This document shows, in pieces, positions 19,749-28,866 of a stretch of DNA of 64,000 nt (positions within the stretch are counted from its first letter, which is position 1; each line of letters opens with the position of its first letter). The DNA comes from Phycisphaeraceae bacterium. Lineage in GTDB: Bacteria; Planctomycetota; Phycisphaerae; Phycisphaerales; Phycisphaeraceae. The DNA is taken from assembly GCA_963674705.1 (NCBI GenBank), contig OY771506.1, positions 2,400,001-2,464,000 on the forward strand, given 5' to 3'. The position numbers and the translations under genes were made by a program. The notes below the pieces were generated by a model. The model ran no database searches. It was not told where the DNA came from and saw only the letters and a list, made by a program, of their open reading frames with translations.

Positions 19749-20675
19749 ATGCCTTATCGTTTAGTTGAAGACCACGAACGGGTTGATGAGCCGCGGCGAC
19801 GCCGGCCCAAGCGAATCCATCGGCGGATGGCTCGGCGTGGCATCGCGGTGCTGCCGACGCTGTTCACGCTGGGGAATCTTTTGTGCGGGTTCGCGTCGAT
19901 CTTTTATGCGTCCCGGGAAGCGCCGCCGGAGAACGATCCTTTGCCGTTCGGCTGGTCGCCTCTAACGCTGGCGGCGGCGCTGGTTTTCCTGGGGCTGGCG
20001 ATGGACGGGCTGGATGGGCGGATTGCCCGGCTGACGCGCAGCTTCTCGGATCTGGGCGCTCAACTGGATTCGATGGCGGACATGGTGACGTTCGGCGTGG
20101 CGCCGGCGTTCATGATGGTGCAGTTGATCGGGGTGCGTGCGCCGTTTGTTTCGGAGATGCATCCGACGGGAAGCGTGTTGTTTGACCGGCTTGTGGTGAT
20201 CACCGCGGGGATTTACGTCGCGTGTGTGGCGCTGCGGTTGGCGCGCTACAACATCGAATCACCTCCGCCGGGCGAAGCGGACCGGGGCATGTTCAAGGGC
20301 CTGCCTTCACCCGGCGCTGCGGGGACGGTAGCGAGCCTGATCCTGCTGCACCAGTACTGGTTGATTCAGTACCCGGCGGATGATCTGCTGATCCGGATTA
20401 CCGCGGTGGGCATGGTTTTTATCAGTCTGTTGACGGCGTTGGCGATGGTCAGCCAGTTCCGTTACGTGCACCTGATGAACCGTTACGTCCGTGGGCGCGC
20501 GCCGTTCGGCACGATCGCCAAGGGTGTGATCATCGGTCTGCTGCTGTTTGTGAGTGTGCGCGAAACGCTGGCTGCGGGTTTCGTGATCTATGCGTTGTCG
20601 GCGCCGACGATCTGGGTTTATCACCGGTTGACGCGATGGTGGGGGGCGGGGGAAAGCAGGAAAGCAGGAAGTTAA
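19749..20675 (+). CDS. pssA: CDP-diacylglycerol--serine O-phosphatidyltransferase
   Basis: PTLFTLGN, DGLDGRIAR...GAQLDSMADMVTFGVAP, RLARYN, FKGLPSP. Confidence 0.9.
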   Translation: MPYRLVEDHERVDEPRRRRPKRIHRRMARRGIAVLPTLFTLGNLLCGFASIFYASREAPPENDPLPFGWSPLTLAAALVFLGLAMDGLDGRIARLTRSFSDLGAQLDSMADMVTFGVAPAFMMVQLIGVRAPFVSEMHPTGSVLFDRLVVITAGIYVACVALRLARYNIESPPPGEADRGMFKGLPSPGAAGTVASLILLHQYWLIQYPADDLLIRITAVGMVFISLLTALAMVSQFRYVHLMNRYVRGRAPFGTIAKGVIIGLLLFVSVRETLAAGFVIYALSAPTIWVYHRLTRWWGAGESRKAGS

Positions 20676-21006
20676 GAAAGCTAGAAATCGGAAAAGCAGA
20701 AAACGCAGAAAAGCAGACAATAAGATCCGATACCCGATACCCGATACCCGATACCCGATACCCGATACCCGATACCCGATACCCGAAAACCACCCGGACC
20801 TTCGCTTTGCTCAGGACCGGCGTTGGGGGGAGTAAAGCCATTAGCCCTTAGCGATTAGCCATTAGCAATACAATTTCCTACACCCTACACCCTACACCCT
20901 ACACCCTACACCCTACACCCTACACCCTACACCCTACACCCTACACCCTACACCCTACACCCTACACCCTACACCCTACACCCTACACCCTACACCCTAC
21001 ACCCTA
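20652..21006. repeat. Composite modular repeat, copy 1 (GAAAGCAG octamers; (CCGATAC)8; ~45-bp core; AGCCATT-type heptamers; (CCTACAC)18)
   Basis: Perfect CCGATAC x8 at 20727-20782; core AAAACCACCCGGACCTTCGCTTTGCTCAGGACCGGCGTTGGG; degenerate heptamers 20836-20870; perfect CCTACAC x18 at 20877-21002. Confidence 0.95.
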
Positions 21007-21007
21007 T

Positions 21008-21292
21008 TCACTCTTCGTCGAATTTGCTTTCGATGAGTTTGACGAGGGCGGCGACGGCTTCTTCGGCGTCGGGGCCTTCGGCTGTGATATTCAGTTCGGT
21101 GCCTTTGGTGGCGGCGAGCATCATGAGCTGCATGATGCTTTTGCCATCGACGATCTGGCCGTCCTTAACCACCTGGATATCGCTTTTGAAGCCGCTGGCG
21201 GTATCGACAAACGACATCGCCGGCCGGGCGTGCAGCCCAAGCTTGTTGGTGATCGTGACCTGTGTCGATGCGGTATCCAAAGCGCAGCTCAT
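21008..21292 (-). CDS. ptsH: HPr phosphocarrier protein
   Basis: GLHARPA (His15) and DGKSIMQLMML (Ser46). Confidence 0.95.
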   Translation of the reverse strand: MSCALDTASTQVTITNKLGLHARPAMSFVDTASGFKSDIQVVKDGQIVDGKSIMQLMMLAATKGTELNITAEGPDAEEAVAALVKLIESKFDEE

Positions 21293-21324
21293 TTCATGCG
21301 ACTGGTTGGTTTGGGTTGTGATTT

Positions 21325-21801
21325 TCAGCCGGCCAGTTGCTGGGTGTCTGCCTCGTGCAGCAGGTCCTTGATTTCTTCGGCGGTCGTGGCCTGGCGGAGG
21401 AACCGGCGGAAGTTGTCTTTCTGCAGGTTGGAGAAGATGTTTTCCATGGCCTGCAGGTGTTCGTCCGGTTTGTCGGCGGGGGAAAGCAGGAGGACGACCG
21501 AGTAGACCGGCGCCTTATCGAGGGCGTTGAAGTCGACGCCTTTCTGGCTGACACCGATGGCGGCGACCATCTTCTTGATCTTCTCGTGCTTGACGTGCGG
21601 GACGGCGACCCCCTTGCCGAAGCCGGTCGAGCCGTGCTTCTCACGGCCGATGATTTCCTTTATCAGCGCATCCCTGTGCGTCTTGGGTACGCCCCCGGCT
21701 TCCACGGCAGCATCAACCAGTTCGCTGATCACATCGTCGCGCTCGGTTGACTTCAGATCGGGGATCAAAGCGTCAGTTAATACAAAATCCAGCAGCTTCA
21801 T
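21325..21801 (-). CDS. ptsN: PTS IIA (Ntr/Fru-type)
   Basis: REKHGSTGFGKGVAVPH, GVDFNALDKAPV. Confidence 0.9.
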   Translation of the reverse strand: MKLLDFVLTDALIPDLKSTERDDVISELVDAAVEAGGVPKTHRDALIKEIIGREKHGSTGFGKGVAVPHVKHEKIKKMVAAIGVSQKGVDFNALDKAPVYSVVLLLSPADKPDEHLQAMENIFSNLQKDNFRRFLRQATTAEEIKDLLHEADTQQLAG

Positions 21802-21868
21802 CGGGAGATTCCAGGGGTGTCATTCAAGAAGGCGGACCGTCCGCCGGGGGTCGTATAGGATACCTATA

Positions 21869-22180
21869 TTAGTGTGTGGGGTTGTGCTTGTGGTTTTTCA
21901 CTTTTTGTTTGTGCTCGCTGAGCTGGCGTTCCAGCTTGCTTTGGGCCTGATCGATCGTGGCGTAGAGGTCTTCGCCCTGGATGGTGGCGATGAACGGCTC
22001 GTGGTGGCCGACGTGGACGATGACTTCGACTTCGTACTGGTTAGCCTGGGATTTGTCGGCGACCACCTCGATACGCTGGATCTGGTCGTAATATTTATCC
22101 AGCTTACTCACTTTCTGGACCGCGTATTCGTGGATCGCATCGGTGATGTCCAAGTGCTTGCCGCTGACTGTGATCTCCAT
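21869..22180 (-). CDS. raiA: Ribosome hibernation promoting factor (HPF/RaiA)
   Basis: MEITVSGKHLDITDAIHEYA...DLYATID...KLERQL. Confidence 0.92.
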   Translation of the reverse strand: MEITVSGKHLDITDAIHEYAVQKVSKLDKYYDQIQRIEVVADKSQANQYEVEVIVHVGHHEPFIATIQGEDLYATIDQAQSKLERQLSEHKQKVKNHKHNPTH

Positions 22181-22212
22181 CGTGTTCTCCGAGGGGTTGA
22201 TAAAGTCTGAAC

Positions 22213-23205
22213 CTACGAGGGCGTGTCACCCGTTTCCGCCCGGCTTTTGGGTGATTCAGGTTCATCGGTCGATTCGAACAGCTTGGGATTGTGACCCTTG
22301 ATCTGCTGTCCCGGAGGGATCAATACCCCGCCCGACACGGCGAACTTGATCGCCTCTTCTATTGTAATCGGTAAATCGATTGTGTCCGCTTTGGGCACAG
22401 TGATCACGTATCCCGTGAATGGGGTTGGACTTGAAGGGATAAATACGGTCAGGCAGGGTTGGCCGGCTCTCTGCTCGATCAGCACCATGGTTTCACCGGT
22501 TACCAGACCCACGGACCACAGGCCCTTTCGGGGGTATTCCACCGCCACGACGGCGCTGAACTGAGGTCGTTTCTCCTGGCCGACGAAAAAGTCGGTCACC
22601 TGCTTGATCGCAGGGTAAATGTTGCGGATCACCGGGACGCGGTGGATCAGTTCCTCGCCCTTGTGGTAGAGGCGGCGGCCGATAAAGCTGCCGACCAGCA
22701 GGCCGACGATGTAGATCAGGATGATGGCGATGACCAGGCCGATCACATCCATCACGACCCACTTGCCGATGGTGTAGGACTCCCACCAGCGATTGACGAC
22801 GGCGGTGCGGACCGATTGCTCGATTTCCGGCTGCATCCGCATCCACTGGCGGCGGTACTCGATCCGCTTGGCGGCGTTGAACTTCTCAGGGCCGAGGCTC
22901 GTGGACATCTCGCTGTCGGCAACTTCCCAGGCATCTTTCTGCTGCTGGGTCATTTTTTCGACAGCATCGTCGTAGTCATCATCCTGAGCCGCCGGCAGGG
23001 GGGAATAATGGACCAGCAGGAGCTTAACGCCGTTGTTGATCGGCCCGGCGAAGTTTTTCTGGACGAAGCCGTAGGCCCAGACGAACAGCCAGATGGTCAA
23101 CAGCGTGGGCAGCAGGATTGCCAGACCACGCAGGAAGAATCGGCGGAAGTTGCCCCCGTGGCTGGGCGCGGGCTCAATTTCAGGCGGCGGAACGTTTTCG
23201 GTCAT
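22213..23205 (-). CDS. DUF502 membrane protein
   Basis: FLRGLAILLP, IYPAIKQV, VEYPRKG, VFIPSSPTPFTGY, SGG. Confidence 0.9.
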   Translation of the reverse strand: MTENVPPPEIEPAPSHGGNFRRFFLRGLAILLPTLLTIWLFVWAYGFVQKNFAGPINNGVKLLLVHYSPLPAAQDDDYDDAVEKMTQQQKDAWEVADSEMSTSLGPEKFNAAKRIEYRRQWMRMQPEIEQSVRTAVVNRWWESYTIGKWVVMDVIGLVIAIILIYIVGLLVGSFIGRRLYHKGEELIHRVPVIRNIYPAIKQVTDFFVGQEKRPQFSAVVAVEYPRKGLWSVGLVTGETMVLIEQRAGQPCLTVFIPSSPTPFTGYVITVPKADTIDLPITIEEAIKFAVSGGVLIPPGQQIKGHNPKLFESTDEPESPKSRAETGDTPS

Positions 23206-23311
23206 AGTCAGTGGAACAGTCTATCTTGGGGGACATGCAAGAATAGAGATGTAACTGTCCGAGGTCAAAGAGGTGTTTGGCGATTCGTGGCTGGTGGCTG
23301 GTTTGGGGTAG

Positions 23312-23519
23312 GAAAGCAGAAAAGCAGAAAACGCAGAAAAGCAGGAAATAAGACCCGATACTCGATACCCGATACCCGAAAACCACCCGGACCTTCGCTG
23401 CGCTCAGGACCGGCGTTGGGGGTGGGAAAAGCGGGAAATGCTCAGGACCGGCGTTGGGCAGCATATTAGCGATTAACGATTAGCAATCAGCGATTAAATT
23501 CGCTACACCCCACACCCCC
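23312..23519. repeat. Composite modular repeat, copy 2
   Basis: Same module order and orientation as 20652-21006 with fewer units; core partly duplicated (GCTCAGGACCGGCGTTGGG twice). Confidence 0.9.
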
Positions 23520-23520
23520 G

Positions 23521-24684
23521 TCACTCGCCGAAGTCCATACGATGGACTGCCCGGATCGGGGTGGGGACGGGGACGCCCAGGAATGGGGCTTTGACCTGGC
23601 CGCCCAGGACGTAGGCGGCGTTGTTGTAGACGAAACCGGCGGCGTCATCGTGGGCGATTTCAGTGGACGGCAGGACGTTGACGGAGAGGGCGACGGGGTC
23701 CAGCCAGAGGGCCTCGGCCAACTCGGTGTCGTGCATGTGGTTCTCTGATTCGCCGCCGACCAGCAGGTAGCCGCCGTTAATTTTGAACAGCAGATGATCC
23801 GCGACACCCGCGGGCAGGCCCAGCGCCGGGCCGTCCTCGATTTTATGACCGGCTTCGTCGTCCAACGTCAGGAGCCAGGTCTTATCCGTGGTGTGGCCGT
23901 CGACCGATTGCCCGCCGATGATCCAGATTCGGCCGTCGGGCAGTTGTGTCACGGCAAGATCGTCCAGCGACAACGGCAAATGGACATCCAACAGCGTGGA
24001 TTCACCCGCTTTTAGATCGACGCGCTCGAAGGTGGTTCGGCCGATCCCGCCTGCGATCAGCAGCATGCCGTCGCGGAGCATGATCGAGTCTTGCCCGCGT
24101 CGCGGCTGATGCAATGGGCACAGCGGCTGCCATGTCTCGGTCGCTGGATCGTAGATGCAAACGAGCAGAACGGTTACTGCGACGACTCGGCCGTCATCGA
24201 GCAGGTGCAGCGTGGGGGATTGGCTGGGCTGGGGCAGGTCGGCGGTAGGCTTACATTGCGTGAGGTCGGCGGATATCAGCTCGCAGCTTGCGGTTGGATT
24301 TGGCTGGGCGGCGGGCAGGCGCGTTCGGCCTCCGACGATGAGGATGCGTCCATCCTGGAGCGTGATCTGTCCATGCTGATAGCGAGCCGTATTCAATGAC
24401 AGGGGCAGCGACCACTTGAGCGTGTCGAGGTCAAGTGTCTGGATGGTGGTTGTTGCACCGCTACCGAGCACGACCCCACCGCTGACGATGGCTTTGTTAC
24501 CCGTAACGCTGACCGCCGGCGCCGCGGTGGCGACGGGCATTTCGGGCAGACTCTCCCATTGAGGGGGTTCAGCCGCGGATACGAATGTGTGGGTGAGAAG
24601 AAAAGACAGGAACAGCAGCCGCGAATGAACGCGAATACACGCAAATAAAGCGTGAAACCAATCAGATTGATTGATGGGTGCCAC
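23521..24684 (-). CDS. Secreted Kelch-repeat protein
   Basis: Repeated ARxxH...LxDGRILIVGG units; probable GTG start at 24684 (ORF track extends to 24813). Confidence 0.85.
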   Translation of the reverse strand: MAPINQSDWFHALFACIRVHSRLLFLSFLLTHTFVSAAEPPQWESLPEMPVATAAPAVSVTGNKAIVSGGVVLGSGATTTIQTLDLDTLKWSLPLSLNTARYQHGQITLQDGRILIVGGRTRLPAAQPNPTASCELISADLTQCKPTADLPQPSQSPTLHLLDDGRVVAVTVLLVCIYDPATETWQPLCPLHQPRRGQDSIMLRDGMLLIAGGIGRTTFERVDLKAGESTLLDVHLPLSLDDLAVTQLPDGRIWIIGGQSVDGHTTDKTWLLTLDDEAGHKIEDGPALGLPAGVADHLLFKINGGYLLVGGESENHMHDTELAEALWLDPVALSVNVLPSTEIAHDDAAGFVYNNAAYVLGGQVKAPFLGVPVPTPIRAVHRMDFGE

Positions 24685-24869
24685 ATTGTGTCCCGCAGGG
24701 CAAAATGTGCTATGTGGCAACACGCTTTGCCGCTGCGCGGTCAAAACGTGGCACCCGTCGCCGTTGGATTCGCAACGCTTTTGTAGATGACAAGCTGTTC
24801 TCGTTGCGCGCAATCCGAATCCTCAATCAATTTGTATTGATTCGCGTTTATTGGCGTTCACTCGCGGCT
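24617..24869. repeat. Inverted repeat of CGCGAATGA 9-mers
   Basis: AGCCGCGAATGAACGCGAATACACGCAAAT (24617-24646) vs ATTCGCGTTTATTGGCGTTCACTCGCGGCT (~24840-24869). Confidence 0.75.
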
Positions 24870-24880
24870 AAAACCAGTTT

Positions 24881-26137
24881 TCACTTCACATCAAACCGGA
24901 ACAGCCGTTTCTTGCCGGCCCGCACGAGCACGTAGCCATCAGCCACATCATCGGCATTTACCTGCTGGTTGATATCGTTGACGACGGTGTCGTGCAGCTT
25001 GACGCCACCACCTGATACGAGGCGTTTGGCTTCGCCGTTCGATTTAGCGAGGCCTGCCTTGACCAGGAGCTGGATGATGCCGATCCCGCCGGCCAGTTCG
25101 TCGGCAGGGAGGTCGGCGTGGGGGATGGCTTCACCGGTCACATCCTGTGCGGCGCTGAAGGCTTTTTTCGCGCTATCACGGGCGGTCTCGGCCTCGGCTT
25201 CGCCGTGGATCAGCTTGGTGACCTCATAAGCGAGGATCTCCTTCGCTGCGTTCAGTTCCTGGCCCTCCAGCGAACCGAGCCGATTGACTTCCTCGACAGG
25301 CAGGAAGGTGAAGAAGCCGAGGTATCGGCGAACATCCATGTCGGGGGTGTTGCGCCAGAACTGGTAGAAGTCGTACGGGCTGGTACGTTTCGGATCGAGC
25401 CAGATGTTGCCTGATTCACTTTTGCCGAACTTTCCGCCGTCGCTCTTGGTGACCAACGGCATCGTCAGCCCGGCAAGGTCCGCGCCGGCGATCCGCCGAC
25501 CCAGCTCGATGCCCATCACGATGTTGCCCCACTGGTCCTGCCCGCCCATCTGCACGGTGCACTTGTGGGTCTTGAACAAGTGCAGGAAGTCGATCGCCTG
25601 CATGACCATGTAGTTGAACTCGAGGAACGTCAGCCCGCTCTCCGCCTCGATACGGCTCTTGACCGAGTCCATCGTCAGCATGCGGTTGACCGAGAAGTGA
25701 GGCCCGTAGTCGCGCAATAACTCGACCCAGCTTAACTTCGTCAGCCAGTCGGCGTTGTTGACCATCCGCGCGCCGGTCGGCGAATCGTTGAAGTCGACGA
25801 TCGACGATATCTGCTTGCCGATGCACAGGGCGTTGTGGTTGATGTCTTCGATGGTGAGCATCTTGCGGGATTCAGTCTTGCCGGAGGGGTCCCCAACGAG
25901 CCCGGTCCCCCCGCCGACCAGCGCGATCGGCCTGTGCCCACACCGCTGAGCATGCGCCAGCACCATGATCGGCACGAGCGACCCGACATGCAGGCTGTCA
26001 GCCGTGGGATCAAACCCGATATAACACGTCACCGGCTTCTGAAGCCGCTCGCGGATGTTTTCGTCTGTCGATTGCGAAACCAAGCCTCGTTCAGCGAGGA
26101 CGTCATATAAATTAGCTGTGGTGGTAGATGTACTCAT
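24881..26137 (-). CDS. tyrS: Tyrosine--tRNA ligase
   Basis: YIGFDPTADSLHVGS, GGQDQWGNI, KFGKS, C-terminal S4 domain; start likely ATG 26137. Confidence 0.97.
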   Translation of the reverse strand: MSTSTTTANLYDVLAERGLVSQSTDENIRERLQKPVTCYIGFDPTADSLHVGSLVPIMVLAHAQRCGHRPIALVGGGTGLVGDPSGKTESRKMLTIEDINHNALCIGKQISSIVDFNDSPTGARMVNNADWLTKLSWVELLRDYGPHFSVNRMLTMDSVKSRIEAESGLTFLEFNYMVMQAIDFLHLFKTHKCTVQMGGQDQWGNIVMGIELGRRIAGADLAGLTMPLVTKSDGGKFGKSESGNIWLDPKRTSPYDFYQFWRNTPDMDVRRYLGFFTFLPVEEVNRLGSLEGQELNAAKEILAYEVTKLIHGEAEAETARDSAKKAFSAAQDVTGEAIPHADLPADELAGGIGIIQLLVKAGLAKSNGEAKRLVSGGGVKLHDTVVNDINQQVNADDVADGYVLVRAGKKRLFRFDVK

Positions 26138-26158
26138 AACGCTACAGAGTGTACCCAA

Positions 26159-26187
26159 GAAGCCCACGTTCGCCGAACGTGGGCTTC
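26159..26187. repeat. Palindrome GAAGCCCACGTTCG-C-CGAACGTGGGCTTC
   Basis: Near-identical copy at 33381-33411. Confidence 0.7.
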
Positions 26188-26233
26188 GGACGCTCATGGG
26201 GTCTTGCACTTCAGGATGCAGCGTAGTTCGCTG

Positions 26234-26704
26234 TTATGGTCCTGAATGCTCGTAGTATGATTGTCCACCCTCACCACCCCAGTCCACGAGCAGGTACTCC
26301 GGGAGTTGGCTCAGATCTCCGATAAATGTTTTGTCGTCTAATTGCACCGACAGGCTGCCGTTTTCATATTGGTACGTTCCGCCATAGGTTCTGTCGTCTG
26401 GTCGATTGAAACCATAAGCGTCGGGGTTGTGATACACGTGGATGGTGTATGTGCCGTCTCGGTTGAAGGTGAGGGTGTGCGTGATGACTGTCAAAGGATT
26501 GTCGTGACTATCTGGGACGACCTCTTGCTCAGTCCAGTAGCCGTAGAGCGGTGATGATGCATCCAAATCAAGCGGGGGGCGGTTGGGATCATCACAGCCG
26601 TTAATCAGTAATAAAATCGAGAATATGGCAATAATCCACACGCGATGAAGTGATGCGTATATAAGGCCCACGGTATTGCTCTCCGACCGCATGAACAATA
26701 GCAA
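26234..26704 (-). CDS. Putative lipoprotein
   Basis: Hydrophobic segment ending LINGC, then a beta-rich domain; start uncertain. Confidence 0.65.
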   Translation of the reverse strand: MLLFMRSESNTVGLIYASLHRVWIIAIFSILLLINGCDDPNRPPLDLDASSPLYGYWTEQEVVPDSHDNPLTVITHTLTFNRDGTYTIHVYHNPDAYGFNRPDDRTYGGTYQYENGSLSVQLDDKTFIGDLSQLPEYLLVDWGGEGGQSYYEHSGP

Positions 26705-26797
26705 ATAAGAATTGTCCGGATCAGTATATCCGCTTCGAACGAAGTTCGGTTCTTTTCTTACCCCCTCTCCCGCTGGAAGAAGGGACCGGAGCGGATG

Positions 26798-28705
26798 TTA
26801 AACCTCTGCCGCCTCGCGAGCCTTTGCCGCTCGTGAATCACGTCGGCGGTCGCTTTCCTTCAGCATCCGTTTGCGCATGCGGATTGCGCTGGGTGTGATC
26901 TCTACGAGTTCATCTTCCTGGATGTATTCGAGGCAGGCTTCCAAAGACATTTCGCGTGCGGGGCGCACCCGTGTCGCGTCGTCGCTGCCGGAGGCGCGGA
27001 CGTTACTGTGTTTCTTGTTGCGGGTGACGTTGGCGATGATGTCGTTGTCTTTGCAGTGTTCGCCGACGACCTGGCCTTCGTAGACGTTATCGCCGGGCTT
27101 GACGAAGAAGATGCCGCGGTCATACAGGGCGTCGAGGGAGTAAGGCATGACCTGGCCGGCATCGCTGGCGACAATGACGCCTGCGGGGCGTTTGGGCACT
27201 TCGCCACGCACCGGTTCGTAGCGTAGCAGGTTGTGGTGCATGATGGCCCGGCCCTGCGTGGCGGTGAGCATCCGGGTTCGCAGGCCGATCAGGCCGCGAG
27301 CGGGGATGGTGAACTCCATGTGCACGTAATCGCCTGCGCCGGCTTTCGGGTCCATCTTCACGACCTCGGCCCGTCGATCGCTGACCAGCGACATCACGGC
27401 GTTCTGACATTCGGCGGGGCAGTCAACGACAAGTTGTTCGATCGGCTCGTGGACCTTGCCATCGATGCGTTTGAGGATGACTTCGGGTTTGCCGACGGCC
27501 AGTTCGTAGCCTTCGCGGCGCATGGTTTCCAGCAATACGCCCAGGTGCATCAGACCTCGACCGGAGACGTTGAACGCTTCGCCGCCACCGGTTTCGGAAC
27601 GTGAGGCACGCAGGGCGACGTTGGAGTGCAGCTCTTTTTCGAGCCGGTCCCAGACCTGCCTGCTGGTGACGAATCGGCCTTCCTTGCCGGCGAAGGGTGA
27701 GTCGTTGACACGGAAGGTCATGCTCAGGGTGGGTTCATCAATCGCGACGCGCGGCAGGGCGCTGGGCAGATCGGGGCAGGCGATGGTGTCGCCGATATCG
27801 ATCTGTTCGAGGCCGACCACGGCACAGATGTCGCCGGCTTCGACTTCGGGGACCTGTTGTTTGCCCAGACCCTCGAAAGAGAAGACCTGCTGAGCGCGTT
27901 GCTGCGAGCCTTCGCCTGCACGGTTGATGACGGTGACCTGCTGGCCGCTCTTGAGCCTGCCGCCGTAGACGCGACCGATCGCGATTCGGCCGACGTAGTC
28001 GGAGTATTCGAGCGTGGTGACCATCATCTGAAGCGGAGCGCCGAGGTTGGCTTCGTCCTTTTTCGGAGCGGGCACGTGCTTGAGGATGGCTTCAAACAGG
28101 GCGCGGACGTCGGTCGGTTGATCTTCAGCACCGACCTTGGCGTGGTCATCCGTCGCCCAGCCGTTCTTGGCTGAGGCATAGATCACCGGGAAGTCCAGCG
28201 CATCATCAGGCGCATTAAGACTCGCCAGCAGGTCGAAGACCTCGTTGACGACATCATCCGGCCGGGCGTTGGGCTTGTCGATCTTGTTGACGACGACGAC
28301 GGGTTTCAGGCCGTGGCCGAGCGCTTTTTCGAGTACGAAGCGGGTCTGAGGCATCGGGCCCTCGAAGGCGTCGACCAGCAGCAGCACGCCGTCCGCCATC
28401 TTGAGGACGCGTTCGACTTCGCCGCCGAAGTCGGCGTGGCCGGGCGTGTCGATCAGGTTGATCTTGTAGTCGGCGCCGTCGAGCCCGCGGTAGTTCACAG
28501 CACAGTTCTTGGCGGTGATGGTGATACCACGTTCGCGTTCCAGGTCGCCCGTATCCATGATCAGGTTGTGCTGTCCGCCGGCGAGCTTATCGAGTTCAGC
28601 CTCGCGGAACTGACCGGACTGGTATAGGAGCTGGTCGGTCAGGGTGGTCTTGCCGTGGTCGACGTGTGCAATGATCGCGACGTTACGCAGGTGGTTCTGG
28701 GCCAT
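26798..28705 (-). CDS. typA: Translational GTPase TypA/BipA
   Basis: [48 protein letters not shown]; true start MAQNH at 28705. Confidence 0.97.
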   Translation of the reverse strand: MAQNHLRNVAIIAHVDHGKTTLTDQLLYQSGQFREAELDKLAGGQHNLIMDTGDLERERGITITAKNCAVNYRGLDGADYKINLIDTPGHADFGGEVERVLKMADGVLLLVDAFEGPMPQTRFVLEKALGHGLKPVVVVNKIDKPNARPDDVVNEVFDLLASLNAPDDALDFPVIYASAKNGWATDDHAKVGAEDQPTDVRALFEAILKHVPAPKKDEANLGAPLQMMVTTLEYSDYVGRIAIGRVYGGRLKSGQQVTVINRAGEGSQQRAQQVFSFEGLGKQQVPEVEAGDICAVVGLEQIDIGDTIACPDLPSALPRVAIDEPTLSMTFRVNDSPFAGKEGRFVTSRQVWDRLEKELHSNVALRASRSETGGGEAFNVSGRGLMHLGVLLETMRREGYELAVGKPEVILKRIDGKVHEPIEQLVVDCPAECQNAVMSLVSDRRAEVVKMDPKAGAGDYVHMEFTIPARGLIGLRTRMLTATQGRAIMHHNLLRYEPVRGEVPKRPAGVIVASDAGQVMPYSLDALYDRGIFFVKPGDNVYEGQVVGEHCKDNDIIANVTRNKKHSNVRASGSDDATRVRPAREMSLEACLEYIQEDELVEITPSAIRMRKRMLKESDRRRDSRAAKAREAAEV

Positions 28706-28710
28706 GGGGA

Positions 28711-28804
28711 TATCGGTTTTCGGGTTTCGGGGATCGGGTATCGGTCTGGACAATTGGGAATGCTTCGCCCAACGCCGGTCCTGAGCAAAGCGAAGGGCCG
28801 GGTC
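28711..28804 (-). repeat. Composite repeat, rearranged partial copy 3
   Basis: Minus strand ACCCGGCCCTTCGCTTTGCTCAGGACCGGCGTTGGG followed by degenerate CCGATAC units, just before the typA ATG. Confidence 0.85.
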
Positions 28805-28866
28805 AAGAGCGGGTTGAGGATTATAGCGGGTTATTTGGAAAGGGAAGTTAAGGGGGGATTCAGGGA

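Noticed and set aside
20652..21006. CRISPR array, or short ORFs (20530-20841, 20636-20851, 23180-23464) over the repeats
   Set aside because: Units are contiguous 7-8-mers with no unique spacers and no cas genes nearby. The ORFs are translations of the repeats (YPIPDTR, VSGIGYR).
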